Translations under genes and position numbers: made by a program | The notes under the pieces: model-generated | The model's input: only the letters and a program-made list of their open reading frames with translations | Told to the model about the DNA's origin: nothing | Database searches by the model: none | Part shown: positions 39,612 through 52,802 of the stretch, one piece after another | How the letters are laid out: every line of letters starts with the position of its first letter | Numbering within the stretch: position 1 is the first letter of the stretch | Assembly (NCBI GenBank): GCA_964016885.1 | Contig: OZ024742.1 | Span: 16,182,001-16,246,000, forward strand | Origin: Eledone cirrhosa | Taxonomy: Eukaryota | Length of the DNA: 64,000 nt | Direction: 5' to 3'

Positions 39612-42600
39612 TTAAAAGAATAGAGGTATAACAACTCTCGCTTCCACAATACACAACAAACCCACACCACACGATACAACCAACAACGTAGGCCACCTAT
39701 AACACCACAATCCAACATGACACATAGAAACATACATCCATACTCGCAATACAGGAACACCCCATTCAATCTACAACCTCGAACCCGAACCACATTTTAC
39801 AACATCAAGGAATATAACAAACACAGGAGATCACTTAACATCAGCAGAGAACCCCTCTACCCCAACCATTTTTTAGACACAGCACACAGATACAGGCAAA
39901 CAAAATAACACAAGACAGGGAGGAGAAACCGAGAGTAATAACAATTATCAATCTAACTAGTGCAGAACCAACACCCAACCTTATCAACTTACTCTCCAAA
40001 GGTCTTAAATTCACACCGACCCCACTACGTCCTAACTACTATGAAATGAAAGAAGACATCACAGACTTCTGTAGAAAGTTATGACTCAGTAAAGAACTAT
40101 TCGCCCAATACAATGAGGATGAATCATTAGCCAGAAATAGAAGCAATTACACCCCATCAAAAGGTAGAAATAAAATCCTGGACGAATTCTGTGAACACAT
40201 CACAAACTTCCCTTACCAACACTTGCACGGACAAAAACACAAGCCAAACCTCAACAAGAAAGAATGGAAAGAATTAAATAGATTAAAAACCGACAGAACC
40301 ATTACAATTAAAGAGGCTGATAAAGGGAGTACAGTAGTCCTAATGGAGACAGAATTCTATATCAACTTAGCGCTCTCCACTTTGGAAAACGAAACATACT
40401 ACGAAAAGGCTGAACACTACAATCAACAGAAAATTATGAGAAACCTAAAAACTCTGATCAACCAATACAAAGAAGAACTCACTAACAAGGAATTCAGCTT
40501 CATCACAGACTTCAGAAGTAAATCCAGCCTTTTCTACGGTATCCCTAAAGTACATAAAAGCGAATTAATAAGTAAGGCATGCAAAGAAGCCACAGACATA
40601 GCTATCAATGTCCCCTCACCTAATGATCTCAAATTAAGACCTATAATAGCAGGCCCCGCTTGCGAAACCCACCGCCTTAGCAACTTCATTGATACGCTTC
40701 TCAAGCTTTTTGTTCAACACATCAAAAGCTATATAAGGGACGACCTAGATATGCTCAATCACCTCCCTAATATGCCCCTTTCTGAAAAAACCCTACTAGT
40801 GACGTTCGATGTAGTCAACTTATACTCCAACATCCCCACAACCTAGGAATAGAAGCTATCCAATTCTGGCTGGATAATTACCACAATGAACTCCCACAAC
40901 GCATCAAAAAGGAATTCGTGATAGAGGGACTCAAATTTATCTTGGAGAACAATTACTTCGTTTTCAATAACAAACCCTACAGGCAGAAATCTGGGACCGC
41001 TATGGGAACGAAAACAGCCCCCACTTATGCCAACCTAGTCATGGGATACCTGGAAATCACCCTCTACACTAAAGTACTAAACACATTTGGAAACACTCTC
41101 CACTTACACATAGAAAGGAACTGGAAGCGATATCTAGATGACAGCTTCATCATTTGGCACGAAAACATCGAGAAACTTAAAGAATTTCACACCCTTATAA
41201 ATGGGCTCAACACGAATATTAACTTCACGATCGAATACAGCCATCAACAACTCCCCTTCCTCGACATCCTCATTAAGATCCATAAAAAAAAAATAGAAAC
41301 AGACATATACTACAAGCCCACAAACTCCAAGCAATATCTTCCTTTCAACTCTTGCCACCCTAGACACGTTAAAATTAATATTCCCTACAACTTAGCCAAG
41401 AGAATCTGTACTATAGTCTCCAATAAAAACACCTGCTACTTACGGCTACAAGAACTAAAGGACACACTCATAGGCAGGGACTACTCTGTATCACTAATTG
41501 ACAATGGAATCCAACGTGCCCTAAAACTCAGTACCCAGGACCTTAGACACCCTAAAGTAAATCAACCGAAACTAAAAGCTCTTCCATACATCTCCACACA
41601 CAACCCCCTCAACAATGACGCCTTTGACACCATCCTCCAGAACATCCCTGTGTTGAAATAGGACCATAAAATGAACCAAATCCTACGAACACACGATATC
41701 ATAAAGAGCAAAAGAAATCTAAGTCAATGAAAAACATCCTAACACATGCCAAAGTACTGCCAACCACAACAACGAAACCCACAGTAAAAAAATGCGATAG
41801 ACCCAACTGTGGCATATGCATCAACCTAATAGAGGGTTCGGAATTCTATTTCAAAGAAGGACAACGTTTTATAGTAAAACACAATTTCACATGCGCATCA
41901 GAAAATCTAATATATGTATTAACTTGCTCAGGTTGTCGAGAACAATACATAGGCCAGACCAAAAACAGCCTACGCCAACGCATGACTGTCTCTAGATCCC
42001 AAATTAAAATACGGGAATACAGGAAAATACCACTGAGTGAACACATTGATACCTGTGCCGCCCAAAACCATCCCAACTTCAGAATCTTTCCACTCTACAA
42101 ATTTAAAGATAATGCCACCCACACCCAGCGCATCAGCAAGGAATCTCACTTTATTAACAAATACGGACCCCGTCTAAACACTTCTCCCTAAGACGAACCC
42201 ACAACATACACACGTCAACATACATACCTACATCAGCATACATCTCTATCCACATATAAACACAATGACATACGTAAACACACATGTTCTATGGTGCAAC
42301 ACAAATATACACAAATTTGCATACCTTTTGATGTCTATAGATATAAACGTGCCGACACACACACATACATATACGCACACATGCATTGCACACTGATGGG
42401 CACATACATATTTGTACACAAGTATTCCAATACAGCAAGGCCTAATGGATTCCCCTTGCAGTACGTACAATCTGGACACTCACACACACCTTGGTATTAT
42501 GCCAATGCTATATATCATTTCACACCTTTTATTATTAAGGTTTTTGATGTTCTATTGAGAGAATCGTTTTTACTGAAAATATCGAATAATGTACACCATT

Positions 42601-42862
42601 TTTACCAGTATCACAAAAATACTGGTCCACCAGACACACACACACATTCTCACACACACACACACACATATATACACACACACATATATATACACACACA
42701 CACATACACACGCGTACATTAACATACAAAGAGACATATACACACACACACACACACTTCTCCGTATAAGACAAGAGCTGAAAAATATCTTTTAACATGT
42801 TAAAATATCCCCCACACACGTACACATTCCTACTGACCATCCATCTACAACGAATTACTCTG

Positions 42863-42935
<73 letters not shown>

Positions 42936-43420
42936 TCTTAATAGGCATTTGAACTGTCCAGAGGCTGCGGTTCGTACACACATCCCTGTTGACCATTATC
43001 ACAACAACGAACCTCTTTACTACTACTACTACAGACACACATATATTTGTCTTGAAAGACTTATTTTTCAGTGACTTCTCAATCAGCCGAGACAAACCTA
43101 CATTTGGCGCAAAATCAATTTTTAACATTCACATGAACTCTACCGACCAATCAAAATTGTTTTGACCACAAGAATTTTTTCATACATCTGGAGCCACTTT
43201 TTTTACATAAAACAGGTAGAATTTCCAAAACGAATCAGATTAGAGCAAACATCACGGGCGCTGTATCTCAAAATTATTTTTGAAAAAAATTAGAAATGCG
43301 CAGCCGGTAAAACTTAAAACCAAAACTGAATACTAACCAATACTATTACTAATTTTTACTTATTCCTAATTAAACTATTTTTCACTGGGAACAATTTGTC
43401 AGCATTTTCTTTTCCTTTTC

Positions 43421-43425
<5 letters not shown>
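39612..43425 (+). mobile_element. Near full-length Penelope-like retroelement (Neptune-like), inactive
   Basis: RT plus GIY-YIG coding remnants, long CA-rich 3' region, terminal pseudo-LTR, (TA)n flanks. Confidence 0.92.
39945..42191 (+). pseudogene. PLE RT + GIY-YIG polyprotein with stops and frameshifts
   Basis: LLSKGLKFTP, IKEADKG, FYGIPKVHK, LRPIIAG, FDVVNLYSNIP, GTAMGTKTAPTYAN, RYLDD, LPFLD, NLIYVLTCSGC..YIGQT. Confidence 0.95.
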
Positions 43426-43472
<47 letters not shown>

Positions 43473-43496
43473 TACACGCACACATATATATATATA

Positions 43497-43548
<52 letters not shown>

Positions 43549-44661
43549 TTGTGTATAATGGTAGCTATGGTGCTTCCATAGGTGGTATACCAAAATTAGC
43601 ACTCAATATTCATACAGAGCAGAGAATTGTTTCGCCGGCAGGTAGCTCGAGACATGGTCCCTGTATGGATCTGGCTGATTCTACGGCTGCAGGTTCCTTC
43701 GGACACGGGCATTTCGTTCGGAGCAAATTTTCTCACTGGGGTGTTATCGTAAAAAAAACACCTTCCAAAGAAAATCTTCCACTCTTGTCATGCCATTGGC
43801 TGTTGTTATTCCACGTCATCTTAAGTTCTGGTCACTATTTACTGCTACACGGGTCATCAGCCATTTTCCGGCCGATACATTTCAATGGAGTCATGCTGGG
43901 TTCGATATCTCACGCGTCTGTTCACACTCCAGAGTATGTACCCACACATACACACACATATACACACACACGGGCAGGCACAGACACATGCATGCATAGA
44001 CATATGTACGCATACATGTGTAGACACACATACCCCATGCACATATATATACACACACGCACACACTTTCCCTCTCTTCCACAAACCCAGGCTCACCCAC
44101 TTCTAGATACTGACCGCCACAAACCTATTAGAGCCTGCCTAAATAGCGCCATACATCCGGTCCCACACGCACGCAAACGTGCACACACGCGCAGACACAC
44201 ACGTCCACGCCTACAAAAGCGCATAACGGCGTTCAGGCACATCAGCACATATATACACAAACACTCTCATACACATACACGCATATCCTTATTGATACGC
44301 ATCAAGGACAGACACGCTTCCAAAGACATAAGCACACATACACACATATACACACACCTGTACATATATCTACACACAAGTACATATACCCGTATATAAA
44401 CCCATAGACAAACCCTGTCCTATGTGTGTGTACGTACGCGCCCACAGACACACAGACACATATGCACACGCATGCAGACGCAACCGTATACATATATACA
44501 TATATGTATACGCACACATACATACACATACACATGTATACACGCACATACACATACATACTTATACGCACATATGTCCATATGTGTACGCACACCCACG
44601 CAAACATACACATATACACACACATACGCGCGCACACATACCTACGCACAACCTGAAATAT

Positions 44662-44700
<39 letters not shown>

Positions 44701-44889
44701 GTGGTGCAACACTGGAAGGTAATATCCGTAGTGGTAGAGCACTCAGTCCAGGGGACGAGTTATGTAGAAGTGGTTACACAACAGTTAGTTCACCATACCC
44801 AGAAAAATTGTTTCACCTTAGCGGATCTTCAGTTCGGGATGGGCATGGTTATAGGAACAGGAAGGACAACCGTACGAACAAGCCGTAAG

Positions 44890-45313
44890 CCTGAAGCTTG
44901 CCCCCTTAAACAGCAATGCAATACACCAGCTGTAATCTATGAAGCTGGGGTCACTTCCAACCGACCAAACGAAGCACAGGTGGTCAAATCCTATGTGGGC
45001 ATGGCGGGGGCCGATTCAAGGAACGTTTCCTGAACCACCAGTCTACCTTCAGATACTCGGATAGACGTTCCTCCACGAAACTCGCGAGCCACGTATGGTC
45101 TCTCAAGGACTCAAGTACAGACTATGGAAAGCCATCAATAAGTCCAAACCATACGCAAGGGGAAATCCGACGTGTGGATTATGTATTGACGAACGAATAA
45201 CTATTCTAAAGAGATTACGCAATAGTGATTGCCTACACACGAGGGTTGAACTTTTCACACGTTGTCCACACGTCGCCAAACACCTATTACATAACTACAA
45301 GGCTCCGGACTGA
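44890..45313 (+). pseudogene. PLE GIY-YIG remnant (Naiad-like)
   Basis: CPLKQQCNTPAVIYEAGVT..YVG, then CGLCIDE..RVELFTRCPH; frameshifted. Confidence 0.82.
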
Positions 45314-45462
45314 ATCTTTGTAATTTTATTTTATTTTCAACCTGAACACTTTTCGGACTTTCGCAGTTATCTCCCTTACACCTCCCGCACGCAGTCTAGT
45401 ATTGCCTGTGTGAAGTGACCGGGTTTCTGCGCATGCGCGTTCGTGCATGATGAATATAAGTC

Positions 45463-45530
45463 GCAGAAGTCGTAGACTAAAATTCTAACTAGGAGACCGA
45501 ATGAATCTCCAATTATTTATTTATTTGTAT

Positions 45531-45561
<31 letters not shown>

Positions 45562-45753
45562 TATTTATATGTGCGTGGTTTTGTATACCTATGGTAAGTG
45601 TTTTCGCGTATGCTTGTGTATGTACGTATTTGTATGCGTGTATGTATTTATTTAATTTCTATTACCTCTGTATTGTATTTATTTACTTTATTCTTAACTG
45701 TGAAGTGGAGATTCATTCGGTCTCCTAGTTAGAATTTTAGTCTACGACTTCTG
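45463..45753. repeat. ~49-bp inverted repeat joining two PLE remnants
   Basis: GCAGAAGTCGTAGAC...GAATCTCCA (45463-45511) is the reverse complement of 45706-45754. Confidence 0.85.
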
Positions 45754-46085
45754 CTATACCATTTACGCGGTTTTGTCTTTGCGTGCAATTGTTCTCCACG
45801 CTCCACATATGACGTATTATCTTCGTTTTTTCCGTTCATTGCCAGAGAACGTCTCTATGAAACACCTAAGAGAACATTAGTCTACGACCTCTTTTATACC
45901 ATAAACGTGGTTCTGTCTTCGCGCGTAATTGTTTTTCATCGCTCCTATTAATGACGTATTATATTCGTTATTTCCCTATCTTTGCCAGGGAACGTTTCCA
46001 CGAACCAAAGTATCGTCTTCCTGTCTTCCTCCGGTTGCAACGTTTTTTGAAATATCCACTTCTGCGTTTACAGATTGACTTTGTT

Positions 46086-46136
46086 AGTTTCAGATGATCC
46101 CGTTAAGGGTGAAAGCAGCGATTCTTTGCTTAAACT
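46086..46136 (+). ncRNA. Type I hammerhead (CAGATGA core) upstream of a PLE ORF
   Basis: AGTTT-CAGATGA-TCCC(GTTAA)GGGT-GAAA-GCA..TGC-TT-AAACT, about 150 nt before the ATG at 46291. Confidence 0.68.
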
Positions 46137-46290
46137 TTAATGTGTTATTTTAATAAATATTTGCTCTACGGTTCTTATATATTTGATATATATTTATCCT
46201 TATCGAGCCCTCTTTGGATTTTAGTCTTCAAATTTATTATTATTACTATTTGGCTCCCTCGGTTGAGCACTCTATTGACTTATATTCATC

Positions 46291-48292
46291 ATGCAGAAAC
46301 AACATCTGATTATTTCTACAAAGAATATACCCGTACCAAGCAGGAAAACACACCTAAAACTCCTGATACATAAAACAGACGCGTTCATTAAAAGGTTGCG
46401 TTGGCGTGCCTTTTATTTCGATAATCCGCGAAAAGCAGACAACAAACAGGATAAATTTGGGTTTAAAACCTATAATAACCCCCCGTGTAACCTAGCATTG
46501 CTACCCTTCGAAAATGATGTCTTGGAACTCATACGGAGTATCAAATTTCGGAATAGGAGCAATTCGTTCCAGCAGGACCTGAAGAATAGAATTCGTTCTA
46601 TTAAGGATTCTAATGCCGTGCGCGTCCATTCCGACAAAACTGCAACATATATCAAGTGGAGCGCAGTACTTACCATCAACTACTACATAATGCTGTAACT
46701 AAGGATTACCGTAAAACTAATCGGTGCGTCATCAATGAAATCAACGATGCTGGGTTTAAAATCACATCTGATCTCAACATCCTGGACCGGACCGAACCTC
46801 TGGACCCTATTTCTCCCCACTTTACCCTGAAGGATCACAAATCCAATTTTCCGAACAACCCATCTATTCGGCTTATTAACCCTACGAAGTCCGATTTAGA
46901 TAGACTTAGTAAAACGATTCTTGATAGAATTATACCTGAAATTAGAAGTTTGGCCCCTCTTGCACTGTGGAACAATTCTTTCGTGGTGATTGATTGGTTC
47001 AACGGCATATGTAACAAGGAACATTGCCGTTTTATCCAATTCGACATCAACAATTACTACTCCTCCATCACTTTACCACTTCTCCTTAGAGCTATCAATT
47101 TCGCTAAAACATTCACAGTGGTTAAGGATTTCGAAGTTGATGTCATCCTCAATGCCCGTAAGTCGGTGATTAATTTCGACGACTCTATTTGGATAAAAAA
47201 ATCCAATAGTACCCCATTCGACGTGAGTATGGGCGCCAGCGATTCTGCGGAGGTTACTGATCTTATCGGCCTTTTCCTTCTTTTCTCTATCAAGGACGAA
47301 TTCCCCAACGCGGGCGGTGGTTTGTACCGTGATGATGGTCTTTTGACCATGACTAAGTGCGGACCTCGTGCTTGCGACAGGTTCAGAAAAGAACTTACAG
47401 CCTTCTTTAAAGGCTTCAACCTCTCTATACAGGTTGAGGCCAATCTCTCGGTCGTTAATTACCTCGACGTTACCCTCAATTTATCGAATGGGTTGTATTA
47501 CCCGTATAGAAAGCCGAATGACACGCTTAATTACATAAGTAAGCATTCCAACCATCCTGTCAGCATAACCAAGAACCTGGTAAGAAACGTTTCGTTGAGG
47601 CTTTCCCGTTTATCTACTAACGAGCATATTTTCAACGACCATTCCACTTATTACAATGAAACTCTTGCTCGGAGTGGATTTGTCGATAAGGTAGCATATA
47701 CAGAGTACGAAAATAGATCTAGAAGAAATAGATCCCGTCGCATTTGTTGGTATAACTCACCATATAATATGGAGGTGGCCACACCATTAGCTAAGATCTT
47801 TCATTCCCTTATTACGAAGCATTTTCCCCCTACACATAAAATAGAACATTTTTAATAGAAATACTATTAAAATTTCTTACTCTACGACTCCTAACCTTGC
47901 ACATAACATCACAGCTTCAAATTTATCTAAACTACCTAGCCGTAGGAACACGTGCAACCCTGTAGTTAGTACTAACTGTAATTGTAGGAATCGGGTTGAT
48001 TGCCCCCTATCCAGGAAATGCCTCTCTAGTAACATTGTCTACAAATGTAAGGTTTAAACACCCACGTCCCGTAGGGCCTATATAGGGTTAATCGCCAATA
48101 GATTAAAGCAGCGTCTTTACATGCATACCCATTCTTTTCGTTACCCTCTAAGAAGGAATATGACGTCACTTTCAGCTTATATCTGGAGTCTAAAAGACAA
48201 CCACACCCAATATAAGTTACACTGGGAGATCCTAGCTAGGGCTAGATCGTATAACGGAAATAAAAGACCATGTGACCTCTGCGCCGCTGATG
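46291..48292 (+). pseudogene. PLE RT + GIY-YIG (Naiad-like), near full length, frameshifted
   Basis: STKNIPVP, FIKRLRWRAF, DKT, TLKDHK, RLINPTKS, FDINNYYSSI, MGASDSAEV, LYRDDGL, CNCRNRVDCPL..C..IVYKC..YIG, CDLC. Confidence 0.93.
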
Positions 48293-48360
48293 CCTTATGC
48301 TATTATCTTATAGTAGTGACAGTCTCACTTACTTTAATTTTCAGCAAACACGGGAGATAA

Positions 48361-48405
48361 AGCTGACAGGGCCCTGTTTCGCATTTTTTGATGCTTATCA
48401 AAGCC
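48361..48405 (-). ncRNA. Type I hammerhead, U3:A8 core (TTGATAA)
   Basis: Minus strand GGCT-TTGATAA-GCAT(CAAAAA)ATGC-GAAA-CAGGGCCCTG-TC-AGCT; palindromic stem III, GUC site. Confidence 0.8.
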
Positions 48406-48680
48406 AACTACTCCTCCTGTTTGCTGAAAATCAGGACTATAAAATAATCACTACTATAAAACAATAGCATAAGGTCTTCGAAATGCTTTTAATTAAGCAT
48501 ACAGTGTATTGCAAAATACACTATATATACATTCATATATATATAGCTATTTCAGAGCACCAATTCTAATTTTCAATTTCTGCTTGACCGGCAACCGCTC
48601 TGTATAATCAGTCCCTGATTATTTACTAGAATTCTATAAGAATCAAACATCCATGATTTCAGCAAACAGGAGGAGTAGTT

Positions 48681-48725
48681 GGCTTTGATAAGCATAAAAA
48701 AATGCGAAACAGAGCCCTGTCAGCT
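48681..48725 (+). ncRNA. Type I hammerhead, U3:A8 core (mirror copy)
   Basis: GGCT-TTGATAA-GCAT(AAAAAA)ATGC-GAAA-CAGAGCCCTG-TC-AGCT. Confidence 0.78.
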
Positions 48726-49893
48726 TTATCTCCCCTGTTTGCTGAACATTAAAGTAAGTGAGACTGTCACTACTATAAAATAATAGCATAAGGTCTTCGA
48801 AATGCTTTTAATTAAGCATACAGTGTATTGCAAAATACACTATATATACATTCATATATATATAGCTATTTCAGAGCGCCAATTCTAATTTTCAATATAG
48901 TATACAATATAATATACATATATATATATACATGCATACATATTCATACATACATATACACATATATACAATGGATATATGATAAAATAATAATAAAATG
49001 AATATATAATACATCCGTACACATTCCTGTGGGATGTTCACACATATATATATACACATAAATACACATACATATAGAGTCCCACATATACATACATACG
49101 CACACACACATATATATACACATACGCACCCACATACACACACATACTCATACGCAGCTATACGTCCATATATGAACATATATATATATATAGACTCAGC
49201 CACATATGTGCATACATGTACATGCATGCACACACACACGTATAAGCTCATGCATATACGTACACATGCACACATACACATCCCCATACACACCCACGTG
49301 TATATATATATATATATATATCTACACACACATACATATCCCTACGCACAGGTCTATACATACAAACACACATAAACACAATAGGATAATAAAATAAAAT
49401 AAATAAATTTACAATATGTTAAAATACATTAAAATCTGTATGTAACTTCACAAAGAGATAAATAAAAAAGGGGTAAATTAAAAAGGGAGAGGTACATGAG
49501 AAGGTGCGTGTATCCATGTGATATATTACACACAGGTAGTATGAGGTGCAAACTTAGGTCCGTATATGGAACAAGTAAAAATAACAAAATAATAATAACA
49601 GTAATAATAATTGTTCCAAGGTGGAACATGTGGAGAGTATATATTCACGATTGACGGTGTACACATTCAAGGGGACGCTTGGCCCGGTCACCATGGGATA
49701 TGCCACCGTGGCTGGGGTGTGCTGTTCTATATGTTGGGGTATTTGACTGGACGACCGTGGACCTCGTGTTAGCCAGTCCCGGCATAGGCGATGTACCTGC
49801 CCAATGTTGCGTGCTCGGTCAGGTGCGCACCCTGGTTTACTTATGTTTGCCACACGGGTCGTACAATGTCATCAAGGCATGGTGTCAGGTCCC

Positions 49894-50478
49894 TTAATCC
49901 TGTTGGGCCGTTCGGGTCCGTGCGTACCCGGTCCCATGCCCCTGGCCTGTGCCACCCGGAGGATTCCATGCTGCAAAAGTGCATCTTCTCTGGTGTCTGC
50001 AGGTCATGATAATTTCAGACTTCAGGTTGACCGCATCATCTTTCAGTTTGACTATCTCCATGACCTCGTGTAGGCATGATCGGCACTTTCTACTTCCAGC
50101 AGAATATGCCCTCGCATGGCGAACGATACTCCATTCCAGAGCGTACGGAGTGCCTTGGTCTTTCAGGTCCCACACCAGGTCCGCTAACCTAGTGGAGTGC
50201 CTTTTGCTACGGTCCCTGAAGGAATTCGTGTGATTATACATCCGCAATTTAAAGGTCGTGGATGTTGCGCCGATGTAGGTGCGATGCGCATTTTGGGTTT
50301 TAACCACACACCTGTATATCAGGTCCTTCGTCAGGCATTTTCCCTGCAGGGGGCACTGGGTGCCCGCTCTGCAATTACAAGTTCTGTTGTCAGTTCTTAC
50401 GCATCTGATGTCTGGGCATTGATCTGTTATGGCCCTCTCAGGGTTCCCAGAGTGTTGTTCCGCCGATTCTGTGGTCTC

Positions 50479-50481
<3 letters not shown>
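49894..50481 (-). pseudogene. PLE GIY-YIG fragment (Naiad-like), 5'-truncated at (TA)n
   Basis: CNCRAGTQCPLQGKCLTKDLIYRC..YIGATSTTFKLRMYNH..CRSCLHE..NLKSEIIMTCRH. Confidence 0.9.
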
Positions 50482-50534
<53 letters not shown>

Positions 50535-50996
50535 ATATTAAATAAATGGAAACTATATATATATATATATATATACATATGTATATATATACGTGTGTGA
50601 GTGTGTTGTGTATGTGTACACCACTTCATAAATTGTATATTAAGTCTTTCATTGGCTAGAGTAATGTCGGGGAACTAATGAGATTCAGACATTAACAATT
50701 GCAGACTTATGAGGTCCGTGCTCAATTGTATAACATTTCGCTTCCACATTAATCGGATCTAGAAAATCTCTTACATGCTGACGTTAATTCCCACGCCTTG
50801 GATGTTTTCTTTCCTCCCTTTAGCTCATTGGTAGCAGAATCAATGGAGATAATCTTTTAAGGAAACAAACTCTTAGAACACATTAATGTTGATATTTAAT
50901 TCATAAATAACTTCCTATTCACTCATACTAATATTTCTCATATTTATATATTGTTATTTCTGTTTACCTTTTAGATATATATATTTATATAAATGT

Positions 50997-51143
<147 letters not shown>

Positions 51144-51217
51144 ATCTTTCTATCTATCTACCTATCTACATATATATATATATAAACATATATATATATA
51201 TATATAAATATATATAA

Positions 51218-51261
<44 letters not shown>

Positions 51262-51262
51262 T

Positions 51263-51307
<45 letters not shown>

Positions 51308-51519
51308 TTATATATATATATATATGTTTATATGTGTGTGTGTGATGTGTGTGTGTGATGTGTGTGTGTGTGTGTTTGTATGTGTGTATATACGCATATA
51401 TTAATATATAATTTAATAATATATTTTATTGTGATCATTTATGAAATTACGAGATCAACCTATAAACAAATGTAACAAAATCTTTTGTTGTCTTCATTTA
51501 ACCGTCCATATTGTATTGT

Positions 51520-51840
51520 GTCAGCCTTGTCAAACATATTGGGGCAGTCTGCGACTAATCCAGGCTCTGCTGCACTTCGGGCCGAGGAGGGTAAACTCTC
51601 CAAATATCTGTGGCTCTCCGACAGGTTTCCAGTCGAGCCCGTAACAGTGGAGACTTCTGATGTCCTTGGCCCTAGGACCACCTCTCTACATACCACCATC
51701 AGCACGGAGTTGGCTACCCACAGGTGTGACCTTCGCGAGGTGAAATGGCTCTTCCAACGCATCTCCTTCACCACCCTTCGGGGAAAGGCCTTCTATGTTC
51801 TGTCCACAGGGACCGCGGCCGGCCAGCGCGTGGGATCCCC
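51520..51840 (+). pseudogene. CRE-like non-LTR retrotransposon 3' fragment
   Basis: PGSAALRAEEGKLSKY..LSDRFPVEPVTVETSDVLGP..WLFQRISFTTLRGKAF. Confidence 0.72.
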
Positions 51841-51853
51841 CTTGTTTAAAATA

Positions 51854-52039
51854 TTTGTTTCTACTTTTGGCACAAGACCAGCAATTATTCCAGTATATTA
51901 CTGGTACTTTATTTTATCGACCCTGTAAGGATGAAAGGCAAAGTTAACCTCGGTGGGATTTTAACTCAGACCATAAAGGGCCGTAACTCTATGCTGCAAA
52001 GCATGGCGTCTGACCCTCTACCGATACTGTCAATCCACC
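51854..52039 (-). mobile_element. SINE family A copy
   Basis: Full family A motif on the minus strand. Confidence 0.85.
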
Positions 52040-52125
52040 AAATATTGAGAGATGGAATGGGGAGAGCGAGAGTGACGGAGGTAGTGCTTTAAAAAACACG
52101 TGGGACATATATAGGAAACAAAACA

Positions 52126-52732
52126 GTGTGTGTATGTGCGTATGTGTTTGTATGTGTGTGTGTATGTGTGTGTATGTCTGTATGTGCGTGTGTATGTGTG
52201 TGTGTGTAACAGTGTGTATGTGTGTGTATGTGTATGTGTGTGTGTGTGTATGTGTGTATGTATGTGTCTGTGTGTATGTGTGTGTATGTGTGTGTGTATG
52301 TGTGTATGTGTGTGTGTATGTGTATGTGCATGTGTGTATATGTGTGTGTGTTAGTGTGTATATGTGTGTATGCGGGTGTGTGTATGCGTGTATGTACGTG
52401 TATGTGTGTGTATGTGTGTGTGTGTATGTGTGTATGTATGTGTCTGTGTGTATGTGTGTGTATGTGTGTGTGTATGTGTGTATGTGTGTGTGTATGTGTA
52501 TGTGCAGGTGTGTATATGTGTGTGTGTTAGTGTGTATATGTGTGTATGCGGGTGTGTGTATGCGTGTATGTACGTGTATATGTGTGTATGTGGCTGTGTG
52601 TATGTGTGTATGTACGTGTCTGTGTGTATATGTGTCTGTGTGTATGTATCTGTGTGTCTGTGTGTGTGTGTGCCTGTGTGTATGTGTGTGTGTGTCTGTG
52701 TGTGTGTGTATGTGTGTGTATGTGTGTCTGTG
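52126..52732. repeat. (TG)n/(TATG)n compound microsatellite
   Basis: Read directly from the sequence. Confidence 0.95.
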
Positions 52733-52802
52733 TTTTATAGTATTTGATTGTATCCTTCAGATTAATCTATTCGTAATTAAAAGCAGCTGTAGACCTCTTT
52801 TC

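Larger units (their letters stand above)
48293..48896. mobile_element. Rearranged (inverted + direct) non-coding HHR element that truncates the PLE 3' end
   Basis: About 48293-48430 is the reverse complement of about 48657-48793; about 48448-48576 repeats at about 48767-48896. Confidence 0.8.

Noticed and set aside
43620-43870. Minus-strand CTGATGA (43854-43860) with distant CGAAA candidates
   Set aside because: I could not build convincing stems I and III by eye.
47970-48292. Selenocysteine (UGA) recoding as reported for some Naiad PLEs
   Set aside because: The conserved Cys positions I checked use TGT/TGC; the disruptions look like ordinary frameshifts and stops.
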